Assembly (NCBI GenBank): GCA_963616935.1
Contig: CAVEMS010000005.1
Coordinates: 50,110-114,109, forward strand
Length of the DNA: 64,000 bases
Reading direction: 5' to 3'
From: a bacterium
Lineage (GTDB): Bacteria > Bacillota_I > Bacilli_A > RFN20 > CAG-826
The position numbers and the translations under genes were made by a program. Position 1 is the first letter of the stretch, and every line of letters begins with the position of its first letter. The notes below the pieces were generated by a model, which saw only the letters and a program-made list of their open reading frames with translations, searched no databases and was not told the origin of the DNA. This document shows, in pieces, positions 1 through 9,425 of the stretch.

Positions 1-258
1 AATAACGCTATCGGTAAGCTCTTTTTCGCTGACGCCAAGTTCTTTCGCTCTTTTGATGATTTTGTCGTCGACGTCCGTGTAATTGCTAACGAAAGTGACT
101 TCATACCCCTCTTCGATTAAGAATCTCCGCAAGACATCGAAAACGACAACCGGGCGGAAATTGCCGATATGCGGATCGTTATATACGGTCGGGCCACAGC
201 AATAAATGCTCACTTTGCCAGGCACCAAAGGATTAAAAACTTCCACCTTGGAAGTCAT
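1..258 (-). CDS. cysS: Cysteine--tRNA ligase, N-terminal part (gene runs off left edge)
   Basis: Hand translation of the reverse strand from the ATG at 258-256 gives [60 protein letters not shown]. The class I HIGH motif (HIGN) sits in the CysRS-typical CGPTVY context. Absent from the ORF track because it is truncated. Confidence 0.8.
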   Translation of the reverse strand, partial: MTSKVEVFNPLVPGKVSIYCCGPTVYNDPHIGNFRPVVVFDVLRRFLIEEGYEVTFVSNYTDVDDKIIKRAKELGVSEKELTDSVI

Positions 259-294
259 TGAATTAAAAAAATGAATCTCGTGTGACATACCTAC

Positions 295-324
295 ATTATA
301 GTATATGTGGCGAAAAAGTGTTGA
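295..324 (-). promoter_or_regulatory. Candidate sigma-A promoter for cysS (TCAACA-18-TATAAT)
   Basis: The reverse strand reads TCAACA (324-319), an 18-nt spacer, then TATAAT (300-295), about 37 nt upstream of the cysS ATG. Confidence 0.35.
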
Positions 325-354
325 AAGGCGGCAAGATTTCGTTATGGATCTTTT

Positions 355-1245
355 TTAGTCGTCTTCATCTTCCAAAACAGGCATTTTATCTATGTTTTGA
401 GCAAGGTATACGTCCAAAAAAGCCAATGCGGAGAACATTATCGCTGCTACAAACGAGGCGATCGTCCAAAATAACGAACGATAGGCTATCCCGGCTTTGT
501 TCTCATAGGCAACCGTCACCGCGATGATGGCGGAAAGGGAAATAAGCGCTTCGACAAACGACATAATGATGATGCTTTTGTTTCTCTTCTTTTCATCTAC
601 GGCTTTCAAGAGAAACGGCAAAGTGAGAACGAAGAAAGCGAGAGCACCAACCGCCAAAGCGATGAATAAGAAAATGAAACAATAATGCGATAACGGCATC
701 TCCATCGTCAAATACACGCATAATGGAAACAAAATGGAAATAAAACCCGATAGAAGAAAAGGCGATATGGAGAAAAAGGAATCGAGTTTTGCATCGTTTT
801 CGCGATTTTCCATGTTTTTGTTGTATCTTAACAAGCGGTCTATAAGCCCAAGAAGCCATAAAACGACAATCAAGACGGCGGCGATATAACGTGGCAGCCT
901 TATCGCCGTAATCGTTTCGTTATAAGCCTTGAAGTAAGAATAGAATCCAACTAATACGGAAACGCCTTCGAGTAACGAAGGGATGAGTATCAGAATCTTT
1001 TTGTTTTTGTTTTCCTCGCTTATCGAAAAATGAAAGACGAAATCCGAAAACGTCGAAACGGTAATGAGGGCAAAAAAGACAATGGTATTCACCAAATAAT
1101 CGTTGCCGTCGCTCTTCATCATGTAGTCGCTTTGGTTATAGCAAAGAAGAAAAAGCAAGCTCAAAGCCAATAGGCAAAAGGAAACCCTTAGAAACGACGG
1201 AAACGTCTTTTCTCTTCGACCCTTCTCTTTCTTCAAAAAACTCAT
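355..1245 (-). CDS. Polytopic membrane protein, function unknown
   Basis: 296-aa ORF with about 8 hydrophobic segments and no recognisable motif. Its start overlaps the stop of the upstream HAD gene (ATGA-type overlap at 1242-1245). Confidence 0.5.
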   Translation of the reverse strand: MSFLKKEKGRREKTFPSFLRVSFCLLALSLLFLLCYNQSDYMMKSDGNDYLVNTIVFFALITVSTFSDFVFHFSISEENKNKKILILIPSLLEGVSVLVGFYSYFKAYNETITAIRLPRYIAAVLIVVLWLLGLIDRLLRYNKNMENRENDAKLDSFFSISPFLLSGFISILFPLCVYLTMEMPLSHYCFIFLFIALAVGALAFFVLTLPFLLKAVDEKKRNKSIIIMSFVEALISLSAIIAVTVAYENKAGIAYRSLFWTIASFVAAIMFSALAFLDVYLAQNIDKMPVLEDEDD

Positions 1246-1901
1246 AGCTTCAATATTCTTTCAAAATCAGCGGGCTTTTCAAAGACGATGTCGGCGCTTT
1301 TCTTTAGAGCTTCGTCATATTCTCCATATCCCCAAAGACATAGTCCAAAATGAAGCGAAGCGTTTTGAGCGGTTCGGAGATCCGTGATGCTATCGCCGAC
1401 GAAAAGGGTTTCCTCTTTCTTTAACGAATGATTCATGACGAAAGAATCGACAATAGCAGGATCCGGTTTGGGTTTCTCCCCTGTTCTTAATCCTCTTACT
1501 TCCTCGAATCTCACCGTTGGTAAAGCGTTTCTCACGATGTTTATGGCAAGATTGTCTGGCTTATTCGTGCAAACGAATAGGGAAATGCCGAGATTTTGCA
1601 ATTTTCGTAGCGTTTCCGTAACCCCTTCAAAAGGCGCTGTATGGCGATTTTGATAATCTTTATAACGCGGCATGTATTCTTTTTTGAGTCTTTGGAAGTT
1701 ATCGTCATTATCCAAATCCTTAAGCGCTTTGTGCATCAAGACGTCAGCGCCATTACCAATAAGAAAACGGCACTCCTCCTTAGAATATCGATAAGGGATA
1801 TCGCTAGCCTCTAGCGCATCGTTGATGGCTAAGTCGATGTCCGTTATGGTATCTAACAAAGTGCCGTCTAAATCGAATATCAGATTCTTGATCATGCGCA
1901 C
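1242..1901 (-). CDS. HAD-superfamily hydrolase (phosphoglycolate phosphatase-like)
   Basis: HAD motif I is FDLDGTLLDT. Motif II-like CTNKP and motif IV-like VGDSITD are also present. 219 aa. Confidence 0.8.
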   Translation of the reverse strand: MRMIKNLIFDLDGTLLDTITDIDLAINDALEASDIPYRYSKEECRFLIGNGADVLMHKALKDLDNDDNFQRLKKEYMPRYKDYQNRHTAPFEGVTETLRKLQNLGISLFVCTNKPDNLAINIVRNALPTVRFEEVRGLRTGEKPKPDPAIVDSFVMNHSLKKEETLFVGDSITDLRTAQNASLHFGLCLWGYGEYDEALKKSADIVFEKPADFERILKL

Positions 1902-1929
1902 ATTTTAGCGCATAAGCAAGGCGTTATCA

Positions 1930-3735
1930 TTATTTGAGATTTGGATATTTCTCGCGGCTTGCGTTATAGCTCGTATGAAGCAAATGTTCCGCTTTTTCGC
2001 CGCCGACTTCGCCCAAATAATCCTTGTATAGTTTTATGACGTCAGGATTCTTGTGCGATTGACGTAATGGGGCATTCTTATCGATATCGTAGAGTATCTT
2101 GGCGCGTTTTTCGCGATAAGTGTCTAAGATATCCGCCTTTTCGTGATCCAAGAGGCTTGGCTTGACGAATGGTTGTCCACCGCCGTTGATGCATCCGCCT
2201 GGGCAGCCCATTATCTCAATGAAAGCGTAAGGCGATTTGCCCGCTTTTACCTCATCGAGCAACGGCTTGGCGTTCTTAGTGCCGCTTGCGACGGCGACGC
2301 GGATCGTTTGGCCATTGATATCGACGCTGGCTTCTTTGACGCCTTCTAGGCCGCGCACGGCCTCGAAATCGACCTTCTCGTATTCTTCGCCAGTCAACGA
2401 ATGGTAAGCGGTTCTTAATGCGGCCTCCATAACGCCGCCCGTTACGCCGAATATGGCGGCGGCGCCGGTGTATTCGCCTAAGAGATCGTTATCCCAATTC
2501 TCATCGGTCGGGAGTTCGTCCCACATGATGCCGCTGCGCTTGATCAAAACAGCCAATTCACGGGTGGTTAAGACGCAATCGACATCCGGCACTCCATTGA
2601 CGGAATTGGCCGGACGGATTTTCTCGCCTTTCTTGGCCGTGCAAGGCATGACCGAAACGACATAGATATCTTCGGGCTTAAGGCCATGGGCTTTGGCGAA
2701 ATAGCTCTTGGTGATGGCGCCTTGCATTTCGTGAGGCGATTTGCAGGTGCTCACATTCGGAATGAGCTCAGGATAGAAATATTCAAGATAATTGATCCAG
2801 CCAGGCGAGCAAGAGGTAATCTGCGGAAGAGGTCCTTCATTTTTCGAAATTCTCCGCAAAAGCTCAGCGGATTCCTCGACGATCGTCAAATCGGCGCCGA
2901 AATTGACGTCGAATACGCGGTCGAATCCGAGCCTATGCAAAGCGGCGATTATCTTCTTCTCGCCATTCTCTTCGCCGATCTTATGTCCGAATTCTTCAGA
3001 AATAGCGGCGCGCACAGCCGGAGCGACTTGCGCGACGATGTATTTGCCAGCCGCTTTAGCTTTGTCGATTTCCTCGATTTCGCGTTTCTCGCTTAAGGCG
3101 CCAGTTGGGCAAACGTTGATGCACTGCCCGCATTGGATGCAGGGGCTAGTGGCAAAGCTGCCATTGCTGACTGGTCCGACGTGAGTGTTGAATCCGCGTC
3201 CGATGAAACCCAAAACGCCAATGCCCGTGGCTTCGATGCAACGGTTGATGCAACGTCCGCACAAAATGCACTTGGAGGTGTCGCGGATGATGCCAGGCGA
3301 TTGGGCATCGATTGTAGATGGCGTCTTGGAGCCGCTATATTTGGCGGCATCGACGCCGACGCGCTTGCTGACGGCAAGGAGTTCGCACTCACCGTTCTTC
3401 ACGCAAGCTTGGCAATTGAACGAATGGTTGGATAAGAGAAGTTCGACCGACGTCCTTCTCGCTTTGACGGCTTTCGGGCTGGAGATAAGAATCTCAAAAC
3501 CTTTCTCTTCTGGGCATTCGGAGACAGGATAGGTGCAACTCGCGAATAGCTTTGGGCCGCGCGGGCTCTTGATCTCAACCAAACATACGCGGCAAGAGCC
3601 GAAGCTGTTTTGCCCTTTCTTCCAATTGCATAAAGTCGGAATGCGGTATCCGCAAGCGCGGGCCGCCTCGAGTACCGTCAAGGAGGAGTCGACTTCGTAG
3701 CTCTTTCCTTCGATTTTTACTTTCATGGTTGCCAT
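1930..3735 (-). CDS. hydA: [FeFe] hydrogenase catalytic subunit, M3 architecture (HydA/HndD-like)
   Basis: N-terminal 2Fe-2S ferredoxin-like segment, H-x3-C-x2-C-x5-C (HSFNCQACVKNGEC), and two 4Fe-4S motifs (CILCGRCINRC, CIQCGQCINVCP). H-cluster motifs are L2 MPCTAKKGE and L3 EIMGCPGGCINGGGQP. L1 is present but reads TSCSPGW. Confidence 0.9.
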   Translation of the reverse strand: MATMKVKIEGKSYEVDSSLTVLEAARACGYRIPTLCNWKKGQNSFGSCRVCLVEIKSPRGPKLFASCTYPVSECPEEKGFEILISSPKAVKARRTSVELLLSNHSFNCQACVKNGECELLAVSKRVGVDAAKYSGSKTPSTIDAQSPGIIRDTSKCILCGRCINRCIEATGIGVLGFIGRGFNTHVGPVSNGSFATSPCIQCGQCINVCPTGALSEKREIEEIDKAKAAGKYIVAQVAPAVRAAISEEFGHKIGEENGEKKIIAALHRLGFDRVFDVNFGADLTIVEESAELLRRISKNEGPLPQITSCSPGWINYLEYFYPELIPNVSTCKSPHEMQGAITKSYFAKAHGLKPEDIYVVSVMPCTAKKGEKIRPANSVNGVPDVDCVLTTRELAVLIKRSGIMWDELPTDENWDNDLLGEYTGAAAIFGVTGGVMEAALRTAYHSLTGEEYEKVDFEAVRGLEGVKEASVDINGQTIRVAVASGTKNAKPLLDEVKAGKSPYAFIEIMGCPGGCINGGGQPFVKPSLLDHEKADILDTYREKRAKILYDIDKNAPLRQSHKNPDVIKLYKDYLGEVGGEKAEHLLHTSYNASREKYPNLK

Positions 3736-3746
3736 CTTCTCTCTCC

Positions 3747-5621
3747 TTATATTTTCTCAATGGCGTGGAAGAAACATCCACCCATACAGGCTCCGCACTT
3801 AATGCACTTCGTCTCATCGATCACATAAGCGGTCTTGCCTGGGACGCCGGAAATACATCCAACAGGGCAATTGCGGGCGCATTTGGAGCACTTCTTGCAC
3901 TTCTCCGGGATGATATGGTAACGAATCAAACGTTTGCAAACGTGCGCCGGGCAGGTCTTATCCTCGACGTGGGCACGGTATTCTTCCGGGAACTTCTTCA
4001 TCGTCGAAAGAATCGGGTTGGCGGCCGTTTGCCCTAAAGCGCACAAGCTGCCGTTTTTGATGACTTCCGCAAGGGATTTCATATCCTCAAGCGTTTGTGG
4101 CGTTCCCTTGCCTTGGGTGATGCTCGAAAGCATTTCGTATAGACGCTTCGTGCCAATACGGCAAGGAGTGCATTTGCCGCAGCTTTCGCTGCAGATGAAG
4201 TCCATATAGAACTGCGCGACATCGACCATGCAGTTATCTTCATCCATGACGATCGCGCCGCCCGATCCCATCATCGATCCGCGTTCCGTCAAAGTCTCGT
4301 AATCGATTGGAGTATCGAGGTCTTCTTCAGTCAAGCAGCCTCCACTTGGGCCGCCCGTCTGGATGGCTTTGAATTTCTTGCCATTCGGGATGCCGCCGCC
4401 AATGTCGTAAATCAACGTTCTAAGCGTCGTTCCCATCGGGACTTCGACCAAGCCAACGTTGTTGATTTTGCCGCCTAACGCGAAAACTTTCGTTCCTTTG
4501 CTTCCGGCTGTGCCGACTTTGGCGAACTCTTCGGCGCCGATACGAATGATATAAGGAACCTGAGCCAATGTCTCAACGTTATTGACGCAAGTCGGTTTGC
4601 CATATAAGCCGCTTACGGCTGGGAATGGAGGACGAGGACGAGGCATGCCTCTCTTTCCTTCGATTGAAGCGAGTAACGCCGTTTCTTCGCCGCAGACGAA
4701 CGCGCCAGCCCCTTCTCTAAGATGAACTTTGAATGAGAAGTCGGTTCCAAGGATGTGGTCTCCCAATAACCCCACTTCCTCCATCTCGGCGATGGCTTTC
4801 TTCAAACGTCCGACGGCCACTGGATATTCGGCGCGGACATAGAAATAGCCTTCGTTTGCGCCGAACGCGTATCCGGCGATCATCATGCCTTCGATGACTT
4901 CGAATGGGTTTCCTTCCAAAATCGAACGATCCATGAATGCGCCAGGATCGCCTTCGTCACCGTTACAGACTATATATTTCGTATCGGATTTCACATTGGC
5001 GGCGAATTGCCATTTCCTTCCCGTCGGGAAGCCGGCGCCGCCACGTCCGCGAAGTCCGCTCTTGAGAATCTCGTCGATGACATCTTGCGGCTTCATTTCC
5101 GTCAAAACCTTAGCCAAGGCTTTGAAACCGTCATAGCCAAACGACTCATCGATGTTTTCCGGATCAATGATGCTGCAGCCATGAAGGGATATACGGAGCT
5201 GTTTTTTATAGAAGTTGATATCCTCTTGACGGGCGACCTTCTCATGGGTGACAGGGTCGACGTAAAGGAGATCTTCGCAGATCTTGCCGCCTAATATGTC
5301 CTCATCGAATATCTTTTTGATATCAGCGAGTTTGACCAAGCGATAAAGAGTCTCTTCCGGATAGATCTTAACGAACGGCCCTTGCGAGCAGAAGCCGAAG
5401 CAACCAACGTGGTTGACGCTAACGGAATCCTCAAGGTTATGTTCCTTGATTTCCTTCTCGATTTCTTTCACGAGGTCGTCGCTGCCATTGGCCAAACAAC
5501 CGGTGCCACCGCAAACGGCGATCACACGTTTGCCGCCGTTTCCGGAAAGTTTCTTTTGAAATTTGTCGCTATCGATCGCGATGCGCGATAGAAGCGATTC
5601 GACATTCGCTATTTTCTCCAT
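3747..5621 (-). CDS. hydB: NuoF-like flavoprotein subunit of bifurcating hydrogenase (HydB/HndC-like)
   Basis: FMN/NADH region GDEGDPGAFMDR, 4Fe-4S motif SESCGKCTPCR, and C-terminal 2x[4Fe-4S] motifs CKKCSKCARNCP and CIKCGACMGGC. There is an N-terminal thioredoxin-like 2Fe-2S segment. Confidence 0.9.
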   Translation of the reverse strand: MEKIANVESLLSRIAIDSDKFQKKLSGNGGKRVIAVCGGTGCLANGSDDLVKEIEKEIKEHNLEDSVSVNHVGCFGFCSQGPFVKIYPEETLYRLVKLADIKKIFDEDILGGKICEDLLYVDPVTHEKVARQEDINFYKKQLRISLHGCSIIDPENIDESFGYDGFKALAKVLTEMKPQDVIDEILKSGLRGRGGAGFPTGRKWQFAANVKSDTKYIVCNGDEGDPGAFMDRSILEGNPFEVIEGMMIAGYAFGANEGYFYVRAEYPVAVGRLKKAIAEMEEVGLLGDHILGTDFSFKVHLREGAGAFVCGEETALLASIEGKRGMPRPRPPFPAVSGLYGKPTCVNNVETLAQVPYIIRIGAEEFAKVGTAGSKGTKVFALGGKINNVGLVEVPMGTTLRTLIYDIGGGIPNGKKFKAIQTGGPSGGCLTEEDLDTPIDYETLTERGSMMGSGGAIVMDEDNCMVDVAQFYMDFICSESCGKCTPCRIGTKRLYEMLSSITQGKGTPQTLEDMKSLAEVIKNGSLCALGQTAANPILSTMKKFPEEYRAHVEDKTCPAHVCKRLIRYHIIPEKCKKCSKCARNCPVGCISGVPGKTAYVIDETKCIKCGACMGGCFFHAIEKI

Positions 5622-5622
5622 A

Positions 5623-6114
5623 TTAGATAAGCCCCTCCCCTTGACGGTAGCTATTTAAGATGCCTTCGACTTGATCTGGCTTGACTTGACCATAGACCTT
5701 GCCGTTTATCGACATGGCCGGCGCTAAAGCGCACGCCCCGATGCAACGGAGCGCTTCGATGGTAAATAGCCCATCGGACGTCGTTTCGCCGGGTTTGATT
5801 TTCAATATGTCTTCGACTTTGTCGAGCACCGACTGCGCGTTTTTGACGTAGCAAGCCGTTCCTAAACAGACGCCGATGACGTATTTGCCTTTCGGATTAA
5901 GCGAGAAGAAGTTGTAGAAAGTCACGACGCCATAGACTTCACTGAACGGGACTCCCAATTTTTCGGCCACGAGTTCTTGGACATCGAGCGGAATATAGCC
6001 GTATTTCTTTTGGATCGCTTCGAGAATCATCATCAAAGGACTCGATTCGCCTTTGTATTCATCTATTAAAGCAAGAATATCGGCTTTCGCCTCAGGTTTA
6101 ATGGGCATACGCAC
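5623..6114 (-). CDS. hydC: NuoE-like 2Fe-2S subunit of hydrogenase (HydC/HndA-like)
   Basis: 163 aa with C-x4-C (CLGTAC) and C-x3-C (CIGAC) thioredoxin-like ferredoxin motifs. Lies 1 nt upstream of hydB. Confidence 0.85.
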   Translation of the reverse strand: MRMPIKPEAKADILALIDEYKGESSPLMMILEAIQKKYGYIPLDVQELVAEKLGVPFSEVYGVVTFYNFFSLNPKGKYVIGVCLGTACYVKNAQSVLDKVEDILKIKPGETTSDGLFTIEALRCIGACALAPAMSINGKVYGQVKPDQVEGILNSYRQGEGLI

Positions 6115-6137
6115 CCTCCTATTATTTAATCTTTAGA

Positions 6138-6166
6138 ATTGTAATATCATTTCTTTTCTTTGAGAA
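6138..6166 (-). promoter_or_regulatory. Candidate promoter of hydCBA operon (TTCTCA-17-TACAAT)
   Basis: The reverse strand has TTCTCA (6166-6161), a 17-nt spacer and TACAAT (6143-6138), about 20 nt upstream of the GGAGGG RBS of hydC. Confidence 0.35.
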
Positions 6167-6207
6167 CTTTCTTTTTCGGTAAAACAGTAAAAAATATTTT
6201 TTGCAGC

Positions 6208-6251
6208 ACAAAAAAACGACTAATCATCTAAACAAATCGATGGTTAGCCGT
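6208..6251 (-). terminator. Rho-independent terminator after the DUF3137-like gene
   Basis: The reverse strand reads ACGGCTAACCATC-loop-GATGATTAGTCGT. This is a 13-position stem with one mismatch and one G-U pair, followed by TTTTTTT. Confidence 0.6.
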
Positions 6252-6267
6252 TATTAACCGTTTTTCT

Positions 6268-7230
6268 TTACTTTATGCCGGCGTTTTCCTTGTATTTGTT
6301 CTTTGCAAGTTCCAAACGTTCGATCATCGAAGATGGCATCGCGAATTGTTCGGCCAAAGTCTTAATGATTTCGACGTCGAGCGGCTTCCATAGAGACGGT
6401 TTTGGGAAGGAGGCGCCATTACACAAAGAGACGTAAATCTGATTGTTCATGAGGCGATAATAGAATTGTCCCTTGCCGCCATTCATCTTCTCGAGTTCGA
6501 GTATCTTTTCCTGAACTTGTGGGGTCAATATGTAGAAGACGAATTGATCGTCTGACGCATAGACGGCGAATTTCTTGTTGAATTCCAAGAACTCCGTTTC
6601 GACTTTCTCCAACTTTTTGTCTTTCGGCGTGTTTAAGAAGCTCTTTTCGACGATCATCAAATCTTTCTCGAAATCTCTTTCAAAGAAAAAGCGGAACATC
6701 CTGCCTTGCGCATAGCTAACATAGGAAACCGTGACGTTTCCCTTTGAATCGCGATGCTCTTCTCTCCTTTGAAGATCGAAATCGGCGTATTCGAAAGAGA
6801 TTCCGTTATAAGCGGCGGAAACGTAATTGGATCCGACGTAACGGTCAGGCTTGGCATAGAAGCCAGGCCTAAGTATCTGTTCTAACGGCAAGCAGCCTTT
6901 GCTATTGCGTTTGATATCCGTGTATAAAGCGTTCTCCACCGCTTCTTGAATGTTAGAAAGAACGGACTTCTGATATTTCTTCTTATTGCTCGCCGCAAGG
7001 AAAAGGATGACGATTCCGGAGACGACAAGAAGCAAACCGACGATGACTAACGCCAACGCAAGATTGGGAGAGCTTTCCATCAAATCGAAAACGGCGACGA
7101 GAATGACGGTGGCGATGCCGACGACGAGAAATGGGATACCCAAAGCAAGGAAGATTCCCTGCTTCTTCTTCGCTTTCAAACGATTCGCTTCGCTTTGGGC
7201 GGCGATGCTCTCAAAAACTTTTAATTCCAT
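6268..7230 (-). CDS. DUF3137-like membrane protein
   Basis: Two N-terminal TM helices followed by a soluble domain. The size (320 aa) and position directly downstream of LemA fit my memory of the DUF3137 family. Not verified by search. Confidence 0.5.
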   Translation of the reverse strand: MELKVFESIAAQSEANRLKAKKKQGIFLALGIPFLVVGIATVILVAVFDLMESSPNLALALVIVGLLLVVSGIVILFLAASNKKKYQKSVLSNIQEAVENALYTDIKRNSKGCLPLEQILRPGFYAKPDRYVGSNYVSAAYNGISFEYADFDLQRREEHRDSKGNVTVSYVSYAQGRMFRFFFERDFEKDLMIVEKSFLNTPKDKKLEKVETEFLEFNKKFAVYASDDQFVFYILTPQVQEKILELEKMNGGKGQFYYRLMNNQIYVSLCNGASFPKPSLWKPLDVEIIKTLAEQFAMPSSMIERLELAKNKYKENAGIK

Positions 7231-7280
7231 ATTGGCACCTCAAAAATGAAAAAGGGCCGCAGAACGCGGCCCAATTGATC

Positions 7281-7883
7281 CTAGAAACTGATTTCTACGT
7301 CTTTGCGCTTGGCCGCTTCGGCTTCGAAGAAGTCGCGATGGGTCAAATGAAGATGATTGGCGACGATGCTCTTCGGGAAGACGACAATATCTTGATTATA
7401 AATCGAGACATTGCTGTTATAGACGCGGCGGGACGCTTGAAGTTGTTCCTCAACTTCGGTGATTTGATTCTGAAGTTGGGTGAAGTTGGCGTTCGCTTTG
7501 ATTTCCGGATATTTCTCAGCGACGATGTTGATGCTATCGAAGGCTTTGGTCATCGAGGAAGCGAATTCAGATTTCTCTTTCATCGAAGCATCGCTCGCTG
7601 GACGGCGCATCGCGATGACGTTGGTCAAGGTCTCTTGCTCGTGCTTTGCGACACCTTTAACGACGGCGACGGCTTTCGTGAGCAAGTCAAAGCGCTTCGT
7701 CAAAGCGACATCGATTCCAGATGCGCTTTCATCGCACTTAACGACTTCTCTTTTGAGTTTGTTGCCAGTGGAAATCCACCAGCCAATAAGCGAGACGATG
7801 ATGATCACAACGACCGCGGCGACGGCCAAACCGATAATCAAGCCGATATTGAGCCCGGTTCCTTCTAAAATTTTGATATTCAT
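7281..7883 (-). CDS. lemA: LemA family protein
   Basis: 200 aa with a single N-terminal TM. LemA-typical stretches include RRVYNSNVSIYNQDIVVFPKSIVA. Confidence 0.8.
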   Translation of the reverse strand: MNIKILEGTGLNIGLIIGLAVAAVVVIIIVSLIGWWISTGNKLKREVVKCDESASGIDVALTKRFDLLTKAVAVVKGVAKHEQETLTNVIAMRRPASDASMKEKSEFASSMTKAFDSINIVAEKYPEIKANANFTQLQNQITEVEEQLQASRRVYNSNVSIYNQDIVVFPKSIVANHLHLTHRDFFEAEAAKRKDVEISF

Positions 7884-7939
7884 TGTTTTTACCTCTCTTA
7901 AATATGATAGATAAATTTCTAGAAAATTGCCATATTAGG

Positions 7940-7970
7940 CAAAAAGGCCCCCTTAATGAGAGGGGCCTTG
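7940..7970 (-). terminator. Rho-independent terminator after rplQ
   Basis: AAGGCCCC-loop-GGGGCCTT hairpin followed by a U-run on the minus strand, 13 nt downstream of the rplQ stop. Confidence 0.6.
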
Positions 7971-7982
7971 TTTGATTTAAGC

Positions 7983-8384
7983 TTAGTCAACCCACTTAAC
8001 GAGTTCGACTTCGGCGTTGTCGCCTTTGCGGGCGCCAAGTTTGAGGACGGTCGTATAACCGCCTTGGCGATCTTTGAATTTCGGGCCGATCTCGTTAAAA
8101 AGTTTAGCGAGGGCTTCGACGCCTTTTTCATCGACGATGCCATGACGGACGACGCGAGCGGCTTGACGACGGCTGGCTAAGTCGCCGGCTTTGGCGTAAG
8201 TAACCATCTTCGCGGCCAAGGTGACGAGTTCTGGGGTGACACCCGAAGTGACTTTCACTTGTCCATGAACGATGAGCTCGCTTACGACGTTGCGAAGCAT
8301 GCTGTAGTTCTTCGAAGCGGTATAACCGGTCTTGAATCTGACGCCTGCTTTGCCGTGGACGTTCTTTCTTCCTGTTGCTGCCAT
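7983..8384 (-). CDS. rplQ: 50S ribosomal protein L17
   Basis: 133 aa. Sequence (LRNVVSELIVHGQVKVT) and position after rpoA. Confidence 0.9.
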   Translation of the reverse strand: MAATGRKNVHGKAGVRFKTGYTASKNYSMLRNVVSELIVHGQVKVTSGVTPELVTLAAKMVTYAKAGDLASRRQAARVVRHGIVDEKGVEALAKLFNEIGPKFKDRQGGYTTVLKLGARKGDNAEVELVKWVD

Positions 8385-8387
8385 AGT

Positions 8388-9392
8388 TTATTCTCCTACG
8401 TAATCGCGGAAATGAAGCCCACAAGCTGCAAGCTTCTCTTTCACTTCTTTGAGCGACTTCTTGCCGAGGTTGCGGACCTTCATCATCTCGTCTTCGCTCT
8501 TTTGTGTGAGCTCCATGACGGTGCTGATTCCGGCGCGCTTCAAGCAATTGTTGCTGCGGACGCTGAGATCGAGTTCTTCGATCATCATCTCCTGATATTT
8601 GTTGTCTTCTTGCTTTTGATCATCTTTGATGGTCTTGTAGTTCTTAACGACGCTATCAAGTTCCGTGAATTTGTTCAAATGGGTGACAAGAAGCTCAGCT
8701 GCCATCGCCACGGCTTCGTCTGGTTTGACGGAACCATTGGTGGTGACTTCCAAGGTTAATTTGTCGAATTTGGAATCGTGCTCGACGCGGGTCGGCTCGA
8801 CGCTATAAGCGACTTTGGTGACCGGCGAGAAATTGCTATCGGTTGGGATAACGCTCACGACTTCGATTTTGCGTTCGGCTTTGTTGCCTTCGCTTGTGAC
8901 ATATCCACGTCCAGTTCTGACGTAGATCGTCATTTGAAGATGGCCATCTTGGTTAAGGTGAGCGATCTCCAAGTCTTTGTTGACGACGCTGACGAGAGCC
9001 GGGGTTTCAAGATCGCTGGCTTTCAAGACGCCAGGGCCTTGGAAATCGACGGTAAGCGTTTTGACATCGCCCACAGAGCTATCGACCTTAAGAACCAAGT
9101 CTTTTAGGTTGAGGATGATGGCGGTGACGTCTTCTTCGACGCCTGGGATGGCGCTGAATTCATGGCGAACGCCTTCAATATGGACGGCGAAGACGCTGGC
9201 GCCTGGAAGGGCGCTAAGCAAGACGCGACGCAAGGCGTTACCGATGGTAAGGCCGAAACCACGTTCGAGCGGTTCGATGACGAAACGGGCATAATGCTCT
9301 TCTTCATCATTTGCATCGACAGTGATGTTAAATGGTTGGAAGGGGTTTGGAAGGCGGATCTCTTCCGCTTTGACTTCGTTATTAATTGCCAT
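8388..9392 (-). CDS. rpoA: DNA-directed RNA polymerase subunit alpha
   Basis: The conserved N-terminal domain (FVIEPLERGFGLTIGNALRRVLLS) and C-terminal domain (LDLSVRSNNCLKRAGI) are both present. Start moved to the ATG at 9392, which follows an AGGAGG RBS; the track start at 9416 lacks one. Confidence 0.92.
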   Translation of the reverse strand: MAINNEVKAEEIRLPNPFQPFNITVDANDEEEHYARFVIEPLERGFGLTIGNALRRVLLSALPGASVFAVHIEGVRHEFSAIPGVEEDVTAIILNLKDLVLKVDSSVGDVKTLTVDFQGPGVLKASDLETPALVSVVNKDLEIAHLNQDGHLQMTIYVRTGRGYVTSEGNKAERKIEVVSVIPTDSNFSPVTKVAYSVEPTRVEHDSKFDKLTLEVTTNGSVKPDEAVAMAAELLVTHLNKFTELDSVVKNYKTIKDDQKQEDNKYQEMMIEELDLSVRSNNCLKRAGISTVMELTQKSEDEMMKVRNLGKKSLKEVKEKLAACGLHFRDYVGE

Positions 9393-9425
9393 GTGTGATG
9401 ATCCTCCTATGATCAATTGTTGAAA

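Noticed and set aside
259-354. T-box leader upstream of cysS.
   Set aside because: Only about 95 nt are available between the upstream gene and the cysS start. That is too short for a T-box, and no specifier or T-box sequence is visible.
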